Assembly: GCA_038065495.1 (NCBI GenBank)
Contig: JBBTQW010000002.1
Coordinates: 261,373 to 325,372, forward strand
From: Patescibacteria group bacterium
Lineage (GTDB): Bacteria; Patescibacteriota; Minisyncoccia; Phycocordibacterales; JACOZG01
Direction: 5' to 3'
Length of the DNA: 64,000 nucleotides
In this document: in pieces, positions 63,784 to 64,000 of the stretch
How positions within the stretch are numbered: position 1 is the stretch's first letter
Layout of the letters: each line of letters starts with the position of its first letter
Position numbers and translations under genes: made by a program
Notes under the pieces: model-generated
Databases searched by the model: none
What the model was told of the DNA's origin: nothing
The model's input: the letters and a program-made list of their open reading frames with translations, nothing else

Positions 63784-64000
63784 ATGTTAATCCCAACTGT
63801 CATTGAGAAGTCCCCTTTCGGCGAGCGTGCTTACGATATTTATTCGCGCTTGTTAAGAGATCGAATAATCTTCCTCGGCGGGCCAATTGACGATCATGTG
63901 GCCAATATCATCATCGCGCAACTCTTGTTTCTGGAAAGTGAAGGTCCGAAGAAAGATATCACGATGTACATCAACTCTCCCGGCGGTAGCGTGAGCGCTG
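63784..64000 (+). CDS. clpP: ATP-dependent Clp protease proteolytic subunit. The N-terminal part runs off the window.
   Basis: [72 protein letters not shown]. Confidence 0.9.
   Translation, partial: MLIPTVIEKSPFGERAYDIYSRLLRDRIIFLGGPIDDHVANIIIAQLLFLESEGPKKDITMYINSPGGSVSA

Noticed and set aside
1-64000. CRISPR arrays, rRNA, tRNA, IS elements or integrons.
   Set aside because: No regularly spaced direct repeats, no tRNA-like T-arm/acceptor pattern in intergenic regions, and no transposase or integrase ORFs were seen by eye. A computational tRNAscan/CRISPR scan would be needed to be certain.

Overview
The window is almost fully coding, with tight gene spacing, Shine-Dalgarno-poor starts and several promoters whose -10 box sits only 6-9 nt from the ATG. 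Together with a trigger factor that lacks the PPIase domain, a short NusA, an N-terminally extended L4, type IV pilus plus ComEC genes and Gram-positive-like PG-binding surface proteins, this looks like a small-genome, likely CPR/Patescibacteria-type bacterium (inference).

Main blocks, in window order:
- 1..25156: one uninterrupted minus-strand array of about 22 genes. Most are chained by ATGA or similar overlaps. It opens with a 922-aa PKD/Ig surface protein and a soluble HerA/FtsK/VirD4-superfamily P-loop ATPase. The rest is a glycan-assembly operon: about eight GT4 glycosyltransferases, one GT9, a GT2 polyprenol-phosphate-sugar synthase plus a GtrA-like membrane protein plus a GT-C-like membrane protein, AsnB, two CE4 deacetylases, two SAM methyltransferases, an APH/choline-kinase-like kinase and two LicD/fukutin-like nucleotidyltransferase-fold paralogs. 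No Wzx, Wzy, Wzz or ABC exporter is present.
- 25231..27500: a secreted Cys-rich protein and a 43-aa hydrophobic mini-ORF. The mini-ORF has a consensus sigma70 promoter and a bidirectional terminator.
- 27527..36220: the S10 and str ribosomal gene blocks (rplB-rplW-rplD-rplC-rpsJ, tuf, fusA, rpsG, rpsL). The S10 block is cut off after rplB. Two oppositely oriented small genes are inserted between tuf and fusA.
- 36288..39714: three further secreted proteins with PG-binding, PKD and Kre9/KNH-like modules.
- 40334..48644: an M50 protease, rpmB, a split comEC (channel part and MBL part) with a highly structured candidate sRNA in the gap, rnhA, recJ followed by a second promoter- and terminator-delimited candidate sRNA, HIT, pgk and tpiA.
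- 48752..57732: a type IV pilus operon on the minus strand (pilB, pilC, three large pilin-like proteins) preceded by a Gly-rich tail-collar-like secreted protein.
- 57878..64000: nusA, ppa, tig and the start of clpP. A GC-rich MYG1-like gene is inserted antisense between tig and clpP.

No CRISPR array, rRNA, tRNA, transposase or integrase was recognised. A recurring pattern is a minority of GC-richer genes with strong Shine-Dalgarno sites lying among SD-less native genes. All numbers are hand-counted from the sequence; GC percentages are eyeball estimates.
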